A DNA stretch of 64,000 bases. Origin: the human T2T-CHM13v2.0 reference genome, Homo sapiens. Under the pieces are notes generated by a model, which saw only the letters and a program-made list of their open reading frames with translations, did not search any database and was not told the DNA's origin. Made by a program: the position numbers and the translations under genes. Below are positions 14,721 through 28,966 of the stretch, one piece after another; positions within the stretch are counted from its first letter, which is position 1; each line of letters starts with the position of its first letter. Where the stretch lies: NCBI RefSeq assembly GCF_009914755.1, contig NC_060948.1; one strand, given 5' to 3'.

Positions 14721-17700
14721 ATGGAGTCAAATGGAATGGTCTGGAATGGAATGAACACGAATGTAATGCAATCCAATAGAATGGAATCGAATGGCATGGA
14801 ATATAAAGAAATGGAATCGAAGAGAATGGAAACAAATGGAATGGAATTGAATGGAATGGAATTGAATGGAATGGGAACGAATGGAGTGAAATTGTATGCA
14901 GTAGAAGGGAATAGAATGGAATGCAAGCGAAAGGAAAGGAATGGATTGGAATGGAATGGAATTCATTGGAATGGAAGGGAATGTAGTGTAATGGACAGGC
15001 CTGGAATAAAGTGGAATGCTACGGTCTCGAATGGAATAAAAATGTATGGAATGGAATGCAATGAAACGGAATCGAATGTCATAGAATGTAATGGAATGCA
15101 AAAAAATGGACTCCAAAATCATTGACTGGAAAGGCTGGGTGTCGAAAGGAATTGACTCCAATGGAATGGAATCGAATGGAATGGAAGTGAATAGAATCGA
15201 ACTAAATCGAATGGAATGGAATTGATAGGAACGGAATGGAAAGGAATGCAATGATTTGGCATGGAATGGAATCGAATGGCATCGAATGGAATGGAATGGA
15301 ATGCAATGGAATGGAATGTATTAGAATGTAATGAACTTTAATGGAATGTACTCGAATGGATTCGACTGGAATGGAATGTTCTGGAAGTGAATGGACTCCA
15401 ATGGAATGGATTCCAAAGGAATGGAATCGTACGGAATGGAATCTAATGGAATGGAATTAAATGGAAATGAATCAAATTGAATAGCACGGAATTGAATTGA
15501 ATGGAATGGAATGCAATGGAATCTAATGAAACGGAAAGGAAAGGAATGGAATGGAATGGAATGGACTGGAATGGAAAGGAATCGAAACGAATGGAATGGA
15601 ATCGAACTGAAGAGACTGGAATGGAATGCACTGTAATGGAAGGGAGTGTAATGGAAGGTTCTCGAAAAAAATGGAATCGAATGGAATGGAATTGAATGGA
15701 ACGGAATAGAGTCGAATGGAATTGAATGGAATGGAATGGACTAGAGTGAAATGGAATCGAACCACAAGGAATGGACATGAATAGAATGGTCTCGAATTGA
15801 ATGGAATCGTATGGAATGGCATCAAACGGAATGGAATGGACAGCCACGGAATGGAATGCACTCGAATGCAATGGAGTCGAAACTAATGGACTGGAATAGA
15901 ATGGACTCGACTGGTACGGACTCCAATGGAATGGAATCGAATGGAAGGGAATCGAACGGAATGGACTCGAAGGGAAAAGACTGCAATGGAAAGGTCTCGA
16001 ATGGAATGGAAATTAATGGAATGGAATGGAATCGAATGAAATGTAGTCAAAAGGAATGGAATCGTATGGCAAGAAATCGAATGTAATGGAATCACAAGGA
16101 ATTGATGTGAACGGAACGGAATGGAATGGAATCCAAAGGAATGGAATAGAATGGAATGGAATCGAATGGAAAGGACTCGAATGGAAATCACTCGAATAGA
16201 ATGCAATTTAATAAAATAGGATCAAATGTAATGGAATGGAATGAAAAGGAATCGAAACGAAAGGAATGGAGACAGATGGAATGGAATGGAACAGAGAGCA
16301 ATGGTATAGAATGGAATGGAATCATCTGGAATGGAATTGAATGGAATGGAATAATATGAAATGGAATGGAATGGAATGGAATGGAATGCCCTTGAATTAA
16401 ATGGACTGGAATGGAATGGACTCGAACAGAGTGGAATGGAAAGTGTTGAGATAGAATGGAATGGACTCCTTTGGAATGGTGTAGTATGCAATGCAATCGA
16501 CTGGCAGGGAATCAAAAGGAATGTAATCGAATGGATTGGACTGGAATGCAATGGACTCGAATAGATTGGAAACGGGATGCAAAGGAATGGAATGGAATAG
16601 TATGGAATGGAATGGAAAGGAATGGAGTGGAATAGACTAGAGTGGAATGGAATGGACTGGAAAGCAATGGACTGGAATGGAACTTTCTTGAATGGACTGG
16701 AATCAAACGGAATGGAATGCAATGCAATCAAATGGCATGGAATAAAATAGAATGAAAGAGAATCAAATGGAATTGAATCGAATGGAATCGAATGGATTGG
16801 AAAGGAATAGAATGGAATGGAATGGAATTGACTCAAATGGAATGGACTAGAATGGAATGGATTCGAATGGAAGGCAAAGGAATGGAATCTATTGGAATGG
16901 CCTGTAATGGAATGGAATGGAAGGGATTGGAATGGACTCGAATGGAATGGACTGCTATAGAAAGGATTCGAATGGAATGAAAAAGAATTGAATGGAATAG
17001 AACAGAATGGAATCAAATCGAATGAAATGGAATGGAATAGAAAGGAATGGAATGAAATGGAATGGAAAAGATTCGAATGGAATGCAATCGAATGGAATGG
17101 AATCGAACGGAATGGAATAAAATGGAAGAAAACTGGCAAGAAATGGAATCGAAATGAATGGAGTGTTATGGAACGGACTCAAAAGGAATTGAATGTAATA
17201 GAATGGAGTGGAGTGGACTCGAATATAATGGACTGGAATGGAATGAAATCACATGGAATGGGAACGAATGGAATGGAATGGAAAGGAATGGAATCGAATG
17301 GAAAGGAATCGAATGGAAGGGAATGAAATTGAATCAACAGGAATGGAAGGGAATAGAATAGACGGTAATGGAATGGACTCGAATAGAATGGACACGAATG
17401 CTCAAATTGAATGGACTCGAATGGAATGGAAACGAAAGGAATGTCATCGAATGGAATTGAATCGATTGGAATGAAATCGCATAGAATGGAGTGGAATCAA
17501 ATGGAATTGAATCGAAAGGAAAGGAAGCGAATGGACTGAAATGAAATGGAATGGAATTGAATGGAAAGTAATGCAATGGAATAGAATGGAACGAAATTTC
17601 ACGGAATGGAATCAAACTGAATGGAATCAAATCAATGGAATCAAATCAAATGGAATGGAAAGGAATTGAATGGAGTAGATTGGATTGGATGGGATTGGAA

Positions 17701-18284
17701 TGAAATGTACTGGAAAGGACTCGAATTTCATGAAACGGAATGGAATGAATTGGAACGGAATGGACTCGAATGGAATGGAATGTCATGGAATGGCATCAAA
17801 TGGAATGGCATCAAATGGAATGGAATCGAATGCAATGGAATGCTATGGAATGGAATGGAATGCATTGGAATGGAATGTCCTCTAATGGAATGGATTCGAG
17901 TGGAATGGAATCGAATATAATGGAGTCGAATGAAATGGAATTGAAAGGAATGGGATCGAATACAATGGAATATACTGGAATGTAATGTAATGAACTCGAA
18001 TGTAATTGACTGGAATGGAATGTACATGAATGGAATGTAATCGAATGGAAAGTAATCCAATGGAATAGAATCTAATGCAATAAAATCGACTCAGATAGAG
18101 TAGAATGTAATGGAATGGAGTGCAGTGCAATGGAATGGAATGGAATGGAATGCAATTGAATGGAATGGAATGGAATGGAATGGAATGGAATGGAATGGGA
18201 TGGAATGGTATGGAATGGATAGTAATGGACTGGAGTGAAATGGACTGGAAAGGAATGGACTCAAATTGAAAGGGCTCGAAAGGA
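14721..18284 (+). repeat. Unit U5 (3564 bp), subtype E
   Basis: GGACATGAAT (~15773), ATGTAGTCAA (16041), ATCACAAGG (16091), AACGGGATGC (16571), extra GGCC at 16899, GCTATAG (~16954). Confidence 0.9.
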
Positions 18285-21200
18285 ATGGAGTCAAATGGAA
18301 TGGTCTGGAATGGAATGAACACGAATGTAATGCAATCCAATAGAATGGAATCGAATGGCATGGAATATAAAGAAATGGAATCGGAGAGAATGGAAACAAA
18401 TGGAATGGAATTGAATGGAATGGAATTGAATGGAATGGGAACGAATGGAGTGAAATTGTATGCAGTAGAAGGGAATAGAATGGAATGCAAGCGAAAGGAA
18501 AGGAATGGATTGGAATGGAATGGAATTCATTGGAATGGAAGGGAATGTAGTGTAATGGACAGGCCTGGAATAAAGTGGAATGCTACGGTCTCGAATGGAA
18601 TAAAAATGTATGGAATGGAATGCAATGAAATGGAATCGAATGTCATAGAATGAAATGGAATGCAACAAAATGGAATCCAAAATCATTGACTGGAAAGGCT
18701 GGGTGTCGGAAGGAATTGACTCCAATGGAATGGAATCGAATGGAATGGAAGTGAATAGAATCGAACTAAATCGAATGGAATGGAATTGATAGGAACGGAA
18801 TGGAAAGGAATGCAATGATTTGGCATGGAATGGAATCGAATGGCATCGAATGGAATGGAATGGAATGCAATGGAATGGAATGTATTAGAATGTAATGAAC
18901 TTTAATGGAATGTACTCGAATGGATTCGACTGGAATGGAATGTTCTGGAAGTGAATGGACTCCAATGGAATGGATTCCAAAGGAATGGAATCGTACGGAA
19001 TGGAATCTAATGGAATGGAATTAAATGGAAATGAATCAAATTGAATAGCACGGAATTGAATTGAATGGAATGGAATGCAATGGAATCTAATGAAACGGAA
19101 AGGAAAGGAATGGAATGGAATGGAATGGGCTGGAATGGAAAGGAATCGAAACGAATGGAATGGAATCGAACTGAAGAGACTGGAATGGAATGCACTGGAA
19201 TGGAAGGGAGTGTAATGGAAGGTTCTCGAAAAAAATGGAATCGAATGGAATGGAATTGAATGGAACGGAATAGAGTCGAATGGAATTGAATGGAATGGAA
19301 TGGACTAGAGTGAAATGGAATCGAACCACAAGGAATGGACAGGAATAGAATGGTCTCGAATTGAATGGAATCGTATGGAATGGCATCAAACGGAATGGAA
19401 TGGACAGCCACGGAATGGAATGCACTCGAATGCAATGGAGTCGAAACTAATGGACTGGAATAGAATGGACTCGACTGGTACGGACTCCAATGGAATGGAA
19501 TCGAATGGAAGGGAATCGAACGGAATGGACTCGAAGGGAAAAGACTGCAATGGAAAGGTCTCGAATGGAATGGAAATTAATGGAATGGAATGGAATCGAA
19601 TGAAATGGAGTCAAAAGGAATGGAATCGAATGGCAAGAAATCGAATGTAATGGAATCGCAAGGAATTGATGTGAACGGAACGGAATGGAATGGAATCCAA
19701 AGGAATGGAATAGAATGGAATGGAATCGAATGGAAAGGACTCGAATGGAAATCACTCGAATAGAATGCAATTTAATAAAATAGGATCAAATGTAATGGAA
19801 TGGAATGGAAAGGAATCGAAACGAAAGGAATGGAGACAGATGGAATGGAATGGAACAGAGAGCAATGGTATAGAATGGAATGGAATCATCTGGAATGGAA
19901 TTGAATGGAATGGAATAATATGAAATGGAATGGAATGGAATGGAATGGAATGGAATGCCCTTGAATTAAATGGACTGGAATGGAATGGACTCGAACAGAG
20001 TGGAATGGAAAGTGTTGAGATAGAATGGAATGGACTCCTTTGGAATGGTGTAGTATGCAATGCAATCGACTGGCAGGGAATCAAAAGGAATGTAATGGAA
20101 TGGACTGGACTGGAATGCAATGGACTCGAATAGATTGGAAACGGAATGCAAAGAAATGGAATGGAATAGTATGGAATGGAATGGAAAGGAATGGAGTGGA
20201 ATAGACTAGAGTGGAATGGAATGGACTGGAAAGCAATGGACTGGAATGGAACTTTCTTGAATGGACTGGAATCAAACGGAATGGAATGCAATGCAATCAA
20301 ATGGCATGGAATAAAATAGAATGAAAGAGAATCAAATGGAATTGAATCGAATGGAATCGAATGGATTGGAAAGGAATAGAATGGAATGGAATGGAATGGA
20401 CTCAAATGGAATGGACTAGAATGGAATGGATTCGAATGGAAGGCAAAGGAATGGAATCTATTGGAATGGACTGTAATGGAATGGAATGGAAGGGATTGGA
20501 ATGGACTCGAATGGAATGGACTGCAATAGAAAGGATTCGAATGGAATGAAAAAGAATTGAATGGAATAGAACAGAATGGAATCAAATCGAATGAAATGGA
20601 ATGGAATAGAAAGGAATGGAATGAAATGGAATGGAAAGGATTCGAATGGAATGCAATCGAATGGAATGGAATCGAACGGAATGGAATAAAATGGAAGAAA
20701 ACTGGCAAGAAATGGAATCGAAATGAATGGAGTGTTATGGAACGGACTCAAAAGGAATTGAATGTAATAGAATGGAGTGGAGTGGACTCGAATATAATGG
20801 ACTGGAATGGAATGAAATCACATGGAATGGGAACGAATGGAATGGAATGGAAAGGAATGGAATCGAATGGAAAGGAATCGAATGGAAGGGAATGAAATTG
20901 AATCAACAGGAATGGAAGGGAATAGAATAGACGGTAATGGAATGGACTCGAATAGAATGGACACGAATGCTCAAATTGAATGGACTCGAATGGAATGGAA
21001 ACGAAAGGAATGTCATCGAATGGAATTGAATCGATTGGAATGAAATCGCATAGAATGGAGTGGAATCAAATGGAATTGAATCGAAAGGAAAGGAAGCGAA
21101 TGGACTGAAATGAAATGGAATGGAATTGAATGGAAAGTAATGCAATGGAATAGAATGGAACGAAATTTCACGGAATGGAATCAAACTGAATGGAATCAAA

Positions 21201-21853
21201 TCAATGGAATCAAATCAAATGGAATGGAAAGGAATTGAATGGAGTAGATTGGATTGGATGGGATTGGAATGAAATGTACTGGAAAGGACTCGAATTTCAT
21301 GAAACGGAATGGAATGAATTGGAACGGAATGGACTCGAATGGAATGGAATGTCATGGAATGGCATCAAATGGAATGGCATCAAATGGAATAGAATCGAAT
21401 GCAATGGAATGCTATGGAATGGAATGGAATGCATTGGAATGGAATGTCCTCTAATGGAATGGATTCGAGTGGAATGGAATCGAATATAATGGAGTCGAAT
21501 GAAATGGAATTGAAAGGAATGGGATCGAATACAATGGAATATACTGGAATGTAATGTAATGAACTCGAATGTAATTGACTGGAATGGAATGTACATGAAT
21601 GGAATGTAATCGAATGGAAAGTAATCCAATGGAATAGAATCTAATGCAATAAAATCGACTCAGATAGAGTAGAATGTAATGGAATGGAGTGCAGTGCAAT
21701 GGAATGGAATGGAATGGAATGCAATTGAATGGAATGGAATGGAATGGAATGGAATGGAATGGAATGGGATGGAATGGTATGGAATGGATAGTAATGGACT
21801 GGAGTGAAATGGACTGGAAAGGAATGGACTCAAATTGAAAGGGCTCGAAAGGA
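18285..21853 (+). repeat. Unit U6 (3569 bp), subtype F
   Basis: TCGGAGAG; CATAGAATGAAATGG (~18650); GGACAGGAAT; extra pentamer before GCCCTT (~19925-19955). Confidence 0.9.
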
Positions 21854-24800
21854 ATGGAGTCAAATGGAATGGTCTGGAATGGAATGAACACGAATGTAAT
21901 GCAATCCAATAGAATGGAATCGAATGGCATGGAATATAAAGAAATGGAATCGGAGAGAATGGAAACAAATGGAATGGAATTGAATGGAATGGAATTGAAT
22001 GGAATGGGAACGAATGGAGTGAAATTGTATGCAGTAGAAGGGAATAGAATGGAATGCAAGCGAAAGGAAAGGAATGGATTGGAATGGAATGGAATTCATT
22101 GGAATGGAAGGGAATGTAGTGTAATGGACAGGCCTGGAATAAAGTGGAATGCTACGGTCTCGAATGGAATAAAAATGTATGGAATGGAATGCAATGAAAT
22201 GGAATCGAATGTCATAGAATGTAATGGAATGCAACAAAATGGAATCCAAAATCATTGACTGGAAAGGCTGGGTGTCGAAAGGAATTGACTCCAATGGAAT
22301 GGAATCGAATGGAATGGAAGTGAATAGAATCGAACTAAATCGAATGGAATGGAATTGATAGGAACGGAATGGAAAGGAATGCAATGATTTGGCATGGAAT
22401 GGAATCGAATGGCATCGAATGGAATGGAATGGAATGCAATGGAATGGAATGTATTAGAATGTAATGAACTTTAATGGAATGTACTCGAATGGATTCGACT
22501 GGAATGGAATGTTCTGGAAGTGAATGGACTCCAATGGAATGGATTCCAAAGGAATGGAATCGTACGGAATGGAATCTAATGGAATGGAATTAAATGGAAA
22601 TGAATCAAATTGAATAGCACGGAATTGAATTGAATGGAATGGAATGCAATGGAATCTAATGAAACGGAAAGGAAAGGAATGGAATGGAATGGAATGGGCT
22701 GGAATGGAAAGGAATCGAAACGAATGGAATGGAATCGAACTGAAGAGACTGGAATGGAATGCACTGGAATGGAAGGGAGTGTAATGGAAGGTTCTCGAAA
22801 AAAATGGAATCGAATGGAATGGAATTGAATGGAACGGAATAGAGTCGAATGGAATTGAATGGAATGGAATGGACTAGAGTGATATGGAATCGAACCACAA
22901 GGAATGGAGAGGAATAGAATGGTCTCGAATTGAATGGAATCGTATGGAGTGGCATCAAACGGAATGGAATGGACAGCCACGGAATGGAATGCACTCGAAT
23001 GCAATGGAGTCGAAACTAATGGACTGGAATAGAATGGACTCGACTGGTACGGACTCCAATGGAATGGAATCGAATGGAAGGGAATCGAACGGAATGGACT
23101 CGAAGGGAAAAGACTGCAATGGAAAGGTCTCGAATGGAATGGAAATTAATGGAATGGAATGGAATCGAATGAAATGGAGTCAAAAGGAATGGAATCGAAT
23201 GGCAACAAATCGAATGTAATGGAATCGCAAGGAATTGATGTGAAAGGAACGGAATGGAATGGAATCCAAAGGAATGGAATAGAATGGAATGGAATCGAAT
23301 GGAAAGGACTCGAATGGAAATCACTCGAATAGAATGCAATTTAATAAAATAGGATCAAATGTAATGGAATGGAATGGAAAGGAATCGAAACGAAAGGAAT
23401 GGAGACAGATGGAATGGAATGGAACAGAGAGCAATGGTATAGAATGGAATGGAATCATCTGGAATGGAATTGAATGGAATGGAATAATATGAAATGGAAT
23501 GGAATGGAATGGAATGGAATGCCCTTGAATTAAATGGACTGGAATGGAATGGACTCGAACAGAGTGGAATGGAAAGTGTTGAGATAGAATGGAATGGACT
23601 CCTTTGGAATGGTGTAGTATGCAATGCAATCGACTGGCAGGGAATCAAAAGGAATGTAATGGAATGGACTGGACTGGAATGCAATGGACTCGAATAGATT
23701 GGAAACGGAATGCAAAGAAATGGAATGGAATAGTATGGAATGGAATGGAAAGGAATGGAGTGGAATAGACTAGAGTGGAATGGAATGGACTGGAAAGCAA
23801 TGGACTGGAATAGAACTTTCTTGAATGGACTGGAATCAAACGGAATGGAATGCAATGCAATCAAATGGCATGGAATAAAATAGAATGAAAGAGAATCAAA
23901 TGGAATTGAATCGAATGGAATCGAATGGATTGGAAAGGAATAGAATGGAATGGAATGGAATGGACTCAAATGGAATGGACTAGAATGGAATGGATTCGAA
24001 TGGAAGGCAAAGGAATGGAATCTACTGGAATGGACTGTAATGGAATGGAATGGAAGGGATTGGAATGGACTCGAATGGAATGGACTGCAATAGAAAGGAT
24101 TCGAATGGAATGAAAAAGAATTGAATGGAATAGAACAGAATGGAATCAAATCGAATGAAATGGAATGGAATAGAAAGGAATGGAATGAAATGGAATGGAA
24201 AGGATTCGAATGGAATGCAATCGAATGGAATGGAATTGAACGGAATGGAATAAAATGGAAGAAAACTGGCAAGAAATGGAATCGAAATGAATGGAGTGTT
24301 ATGGAACGGACTCAAAAGGAATTGAATGTAATAGAATGGAGTGGAGTGGACTCGAATATAATGGACTGGAATGGAATGAAATCACATGGAATGGGAACGA
24401 ATGGAATGGAATGGAAAGGAATGGAATCGAATGGAAAGGAATCGAATGGAAGGGAATGAAATTGAATCAACAGGAATGGAAGGGAATAGAATAGACGGTA
24501 ATGGAATGGACTCGAATAGAATGGACACGAATGCTCAAATTAAATGGACTCGAATGGAATGGAAACGAAAGGAATGTCATCGAATGGAATTGAATCGATT
24601 GGAATGAAATCGCATAGAATGGAGTGGAATCAAATGGAATTGAATCGAAAGGAAAGGAAGCGAATGGACTGAAATGAAATGGAATGGAATTGAATGGAAA
24701 GTAACGCAATGGAATAGAATGGAACGAAATTTCACGGAATGGAATCAAACTGAATGGAATCAAATCAATGGAATCAAATCAAATGGAATGGAAAGGAATT

Positions 24801-25422
24801 GAATGGAGTAGATTGGATTGGATGGGATTGGAATGAAATGTACTGGAAAGGACTCGAATTTCATGAAACGGAATGGAATGAATTGGAACGGAATGGACTC
24901 GAATGGAATGGAATGTCATGGAATGGCATCAAATGGAATGGCATCAAATGGAATGGAATCGAATGCAATGGAATGCTATGGAATGGAATGGAATGCATTG
25001 GAATGGAATGTCCTCTAATGGAATGGATTCGAGTGGAATGGAATCGAATATAATGGAGTCGAATGAAATGGAATTGAAAGGAATGGGATCGAATAGAATG
25101 GAATATACTGGAATGTAATGTAATGAACTCGAATGTAATTGACTGGAATGGAATGTACATGAATGGAATGTAATCGAATGGAAAGTAATCCAATGGAATA
25201 GAATCTAATGCAATAAAACCGACTCAGATAGAGTAGAATGTAATGGAATGGAGTGCAGTGCAATGGAAGGGAATGGAATTGAATGCAATGGAATGGAATG
25301 GAATGGAATGGAATGGAATGGAATGGAATGGAATGGGATGGAATGGTATGGAATGGATAGTAATGGACTGGAGTGAAATGGACTGGAAAGGAATGGACTC
25401 AAATTGAAAGGGCTCGAAAGGA
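21854..25422 (+). repeat. Unit U7 (3569 bp), subtype D
   Basis: Same D markers as U4, plus TCTACTGG (24021) and CAAATTAAAT (~24536). Confidence 0.9.
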
Positions 25423-28400
25423 ATGGAGTCAAATGGAATGGTCTGGAATGGAATGAACACGAATGTAATGCAATCCAATAGAATGGAATCGAATGGCATG
25501 GAATATAAAGAAATGGAATCGAAGAGAATGGAAACAAATGGAATGGAATTGAATGGAATGGGAACGAATGGAGTGAAATTGTATGCAGTAGAAGGGAATA
25601 GAATGGAATGCAAGCGAAAGGAAAGGAATGGATTGGAATGGAATGGAATTCATTGGAATGGAAGGGAATGTAGTGTAATGGACAGGCCTGGAATAAAGTG
25701 GAATGCTACGGTCTCGAATGGAATAAAAATGTATGGAATGGAATGCAATGAAACGGAATCGAATGTCATAGAATGTAATGGAATGCAAAAAAATGGAATC
25801 CAAAATCATTGACTGGAAAGGCTGGGTGTCGAAAGGAATTGACTCCAATGGAATGGAATCGAATGGAATGGAAGTGAATAGAATCGAACTAAATCGAATG
25901 GAATGGAATTGATAGGAACGGAATGGAAAGGAATGCAATGATTTGGCATGGAATGGAATCGAATGGCATCGAATGGAATGGAATGGAATGCAATGGAATG
26001 GAATGTATTAGAATGTAATGAACTTTAATGGAATGTACTCGAATGGATTCGACTGGAATGGAATGTTCTGGAAGTGAATGGACTCCAATGGAATGGATTC
26101 AAAAGGAATGGAATCGTACGGAATGGAATCTAATGGAATGGAATTAAATGGAAATGAATCAAATTGAATAGCACGGAATTGAATTGAATGGAATGGAATG
26201 CAATGGAATCTAATGAAATGGAAAGGAAAGGAATGGAATGGAATGGAATGGACTGGAATGGAAAGGAATCGAAACGAATGGAATGGAATCGAACTGAAGA
26301 GACTGGAATGGAATGCACTGGAATGGAAGGGAGTGTAATGGAAGGTTCTCGAAAAAAATGGAATCGAATGGAATGGAATTGAATGGAACGGAATAGAGTC
26401 GAATGGAATTGAATGGAATGGAATGGACTAGAGTGAAATGGAATCGAACCACAAGGAATGGACATGAATAGAATGGTCTCGAATTGAATGGAATCGTATG
26501 GAATGGCATCAAACGGAATGGAATGGACAGCCACGGAATGGAATGCACTCGAATGCAATGGAGTCGAAACTAATGGACTGGAATAGAATGGACTCGACTG
26601 GTACGGACTCCAATGGAATGGAATCGAATGGAAGGGAATCGAACGGAATGGACTCGAAGGGAAAAGACTGCAATGGAAAGGTCTCGAATGGAATGGAAAT
26701 TAATGGAATGGAATGGAATCGAATGAAATGTAGTCAAAAGGAATGGAATCGTATGGCAAGAAATCGAATGTAATGGAATCACAAGGAATTGATGTGAACG
26801 GAACGGAATGGAATGGAATCCAAAGGAATGGAATAGAATGGAATGGAATCGAATGGAAAGGACTCGAATGGAAATCACTCGAATAGAATGCAATTTAATA
26901 AAATAGGATCAAATGTAATGGAATGGAATGAAAAGGAATCGAAACGAAAGGAATGGAGACAGATGGAATGGAATGGAACAGAGAGCAATGGTATAGAATG
27001 GAATGGAATCATCTGGAATGGAATTGAATGGAATGGAATAATATGAAATGGAATGGAATGGAATGGAATGGAATGCCCTTGAATTAAATGGACTGGAATG
27101 GAATGGACTCGAACAGAGTGGAATGGAAAGTGTTGAGATAGAATGGAATGGACTCCTTTGGAATGGTGTAGTATGCAATGCAATCGACTGGCAGGGAATC
27201 AAAAGGAATGTAATCGAATGGATTGGACTGGAATGCAATGGACTCGAATAGATTGGAAACGGGATGCAAAGGAATGGAATGGAATAGTATGGAATGGAAT
27301 GGAAAGGAATGGAGTGGAATAGACTAGAGTGGAATGGAATGGACTGGAAAGCAATGGACTGGAATGGAACTTTCTTGAATGGACTGGAATCAAACGGAAT
27401 GGAATGCAATGCAATCAAATGGCATGGAATAAAATAGAATGAAAGAGAATCAAATGGAATTGAATCGAATGGAATCGAATGGATTGGAAAGGAATAGAAT
27501 GGAATGGAATGGAATTGACTCAAATGGAATGGACTAGAATGGAATGGATTCGAATGGAAGGCAAAGGAATGGAATCTATTGGAATGGCCTGTAATGGAAT
27601 GGAATGGAAGGGATTGGAATGGACTCGAATGGAATGGACTGCTATAGAAAGGATTCGAATGGAATGAAAAAGAATTGAATGGAATAGAACAGAATGGAAT
27701 CAAATCGAATGAAATGGAATGGAATAGAAAGGAATGGAATGAAATGGAATGGAAAGGATTCGAATGGAATGCAATCGAATGGAATGGAATCGAACGGAAT
27801 GGAATAAAATGGAAGAAAACTGGCAAGAAATGGAATCGAAATGAATGGAGTGTTATGGAACGGACTCAAAAGGAATTGAATGTAATAGAATGGAGTGGAG
27901 TGGACTCGAATATAATGGACTGGAATGGAATGAAATCACATGGAATGGGAACGAATGGAATGGAATGGAAAGGAATGGAATCGAATGGAAAGGAATCGAA
28001 TGGAAGGGAATGAAATTGAATCAACAGGAATGGAAGGGAATAGAATAGACGGTAATGGAATGGACTCGAATAGAATGGACACGAATGCTCAAATTGAATG
28101 GACTCGAATGGAATGGAAACGAAAGGAATGTCATCGAATGGAATTGAATCGATTGGAATGAAATCGCACAGAATGGAGTGGAATCAAATGGAATTGAATC
28201 GAAAGGAAAGGAAGCGAATGGACTGAAATGAAATGGAATGGAATTGAATGGAAAGTAATGCAATGGAATAGAATGGAACGAAATTTCACGGAATGGAATC
28301 AAACTGAATGGAATCAAATCAATGGAATCAAATCAAATGGAATGGAAAGGAATTGAATGGAGTAGATTGGATTGGATGGGATTGGAATGAAATGTACTGG

Positions 28401-28966
28401 AAAGGACTCGAATTTCATGAAACGGAATGGAATGAATTGGAACGGAATGGACTCGAATGGAATGGAATGTCATGGAATGGCATCAAATGGAATGGCATCA
28501 AATGGAATGGAATCGAATGCAATGGAATGCTATGGAATGGAATGGAATGCATTGGAATGGAATGTCCTCTAATGGAATGGATTCGAGTGGAATGGAATCG
28601 AATATAATGGAGTCGAATGAAATGGAATTGAAAGGAATGGGATCGAATACAATGGAATATACTGGAATGTAATGTAATGAACTCGAATGTAATTGACTGG
28701 AATGGAATGTACATGAATGGAATGTAATCGAATGGAAAGTAATCCAATGGAATAGAATCTAATGCAATATAATCGACTCAGATAGAGTAGAATGTAATGG
28801 AATGGAGTGCAGTGCAATGGAATGGAATGGAATGGAATGCAATTGAATGGAATGGAATGGAATGGAATGGAATGGAATGGGATGGAATGGTATGGAATGG
28901 ATAGTAATGGACTGGAGTGAAATGGACTGGAAAGGAATGGACTCAAATTGAAAGGGCTCGAAAGGA
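25423..28966 (+). repeat. Unit U8 (3544 bp), subtype E
   Basis: Same E markers as U5, including extra GGCC at 27586; 15-bp deletion near 25550. Confidence 0.9.

Noticed and set aside
19752-20708. Longest ORF class (318 aa, minus strand; also 48284-49240 and 51853-52809)
   Set aside because: It arises only because one extra pentamer fuses two repeat-derived frames; there is no evidence of coding selection.
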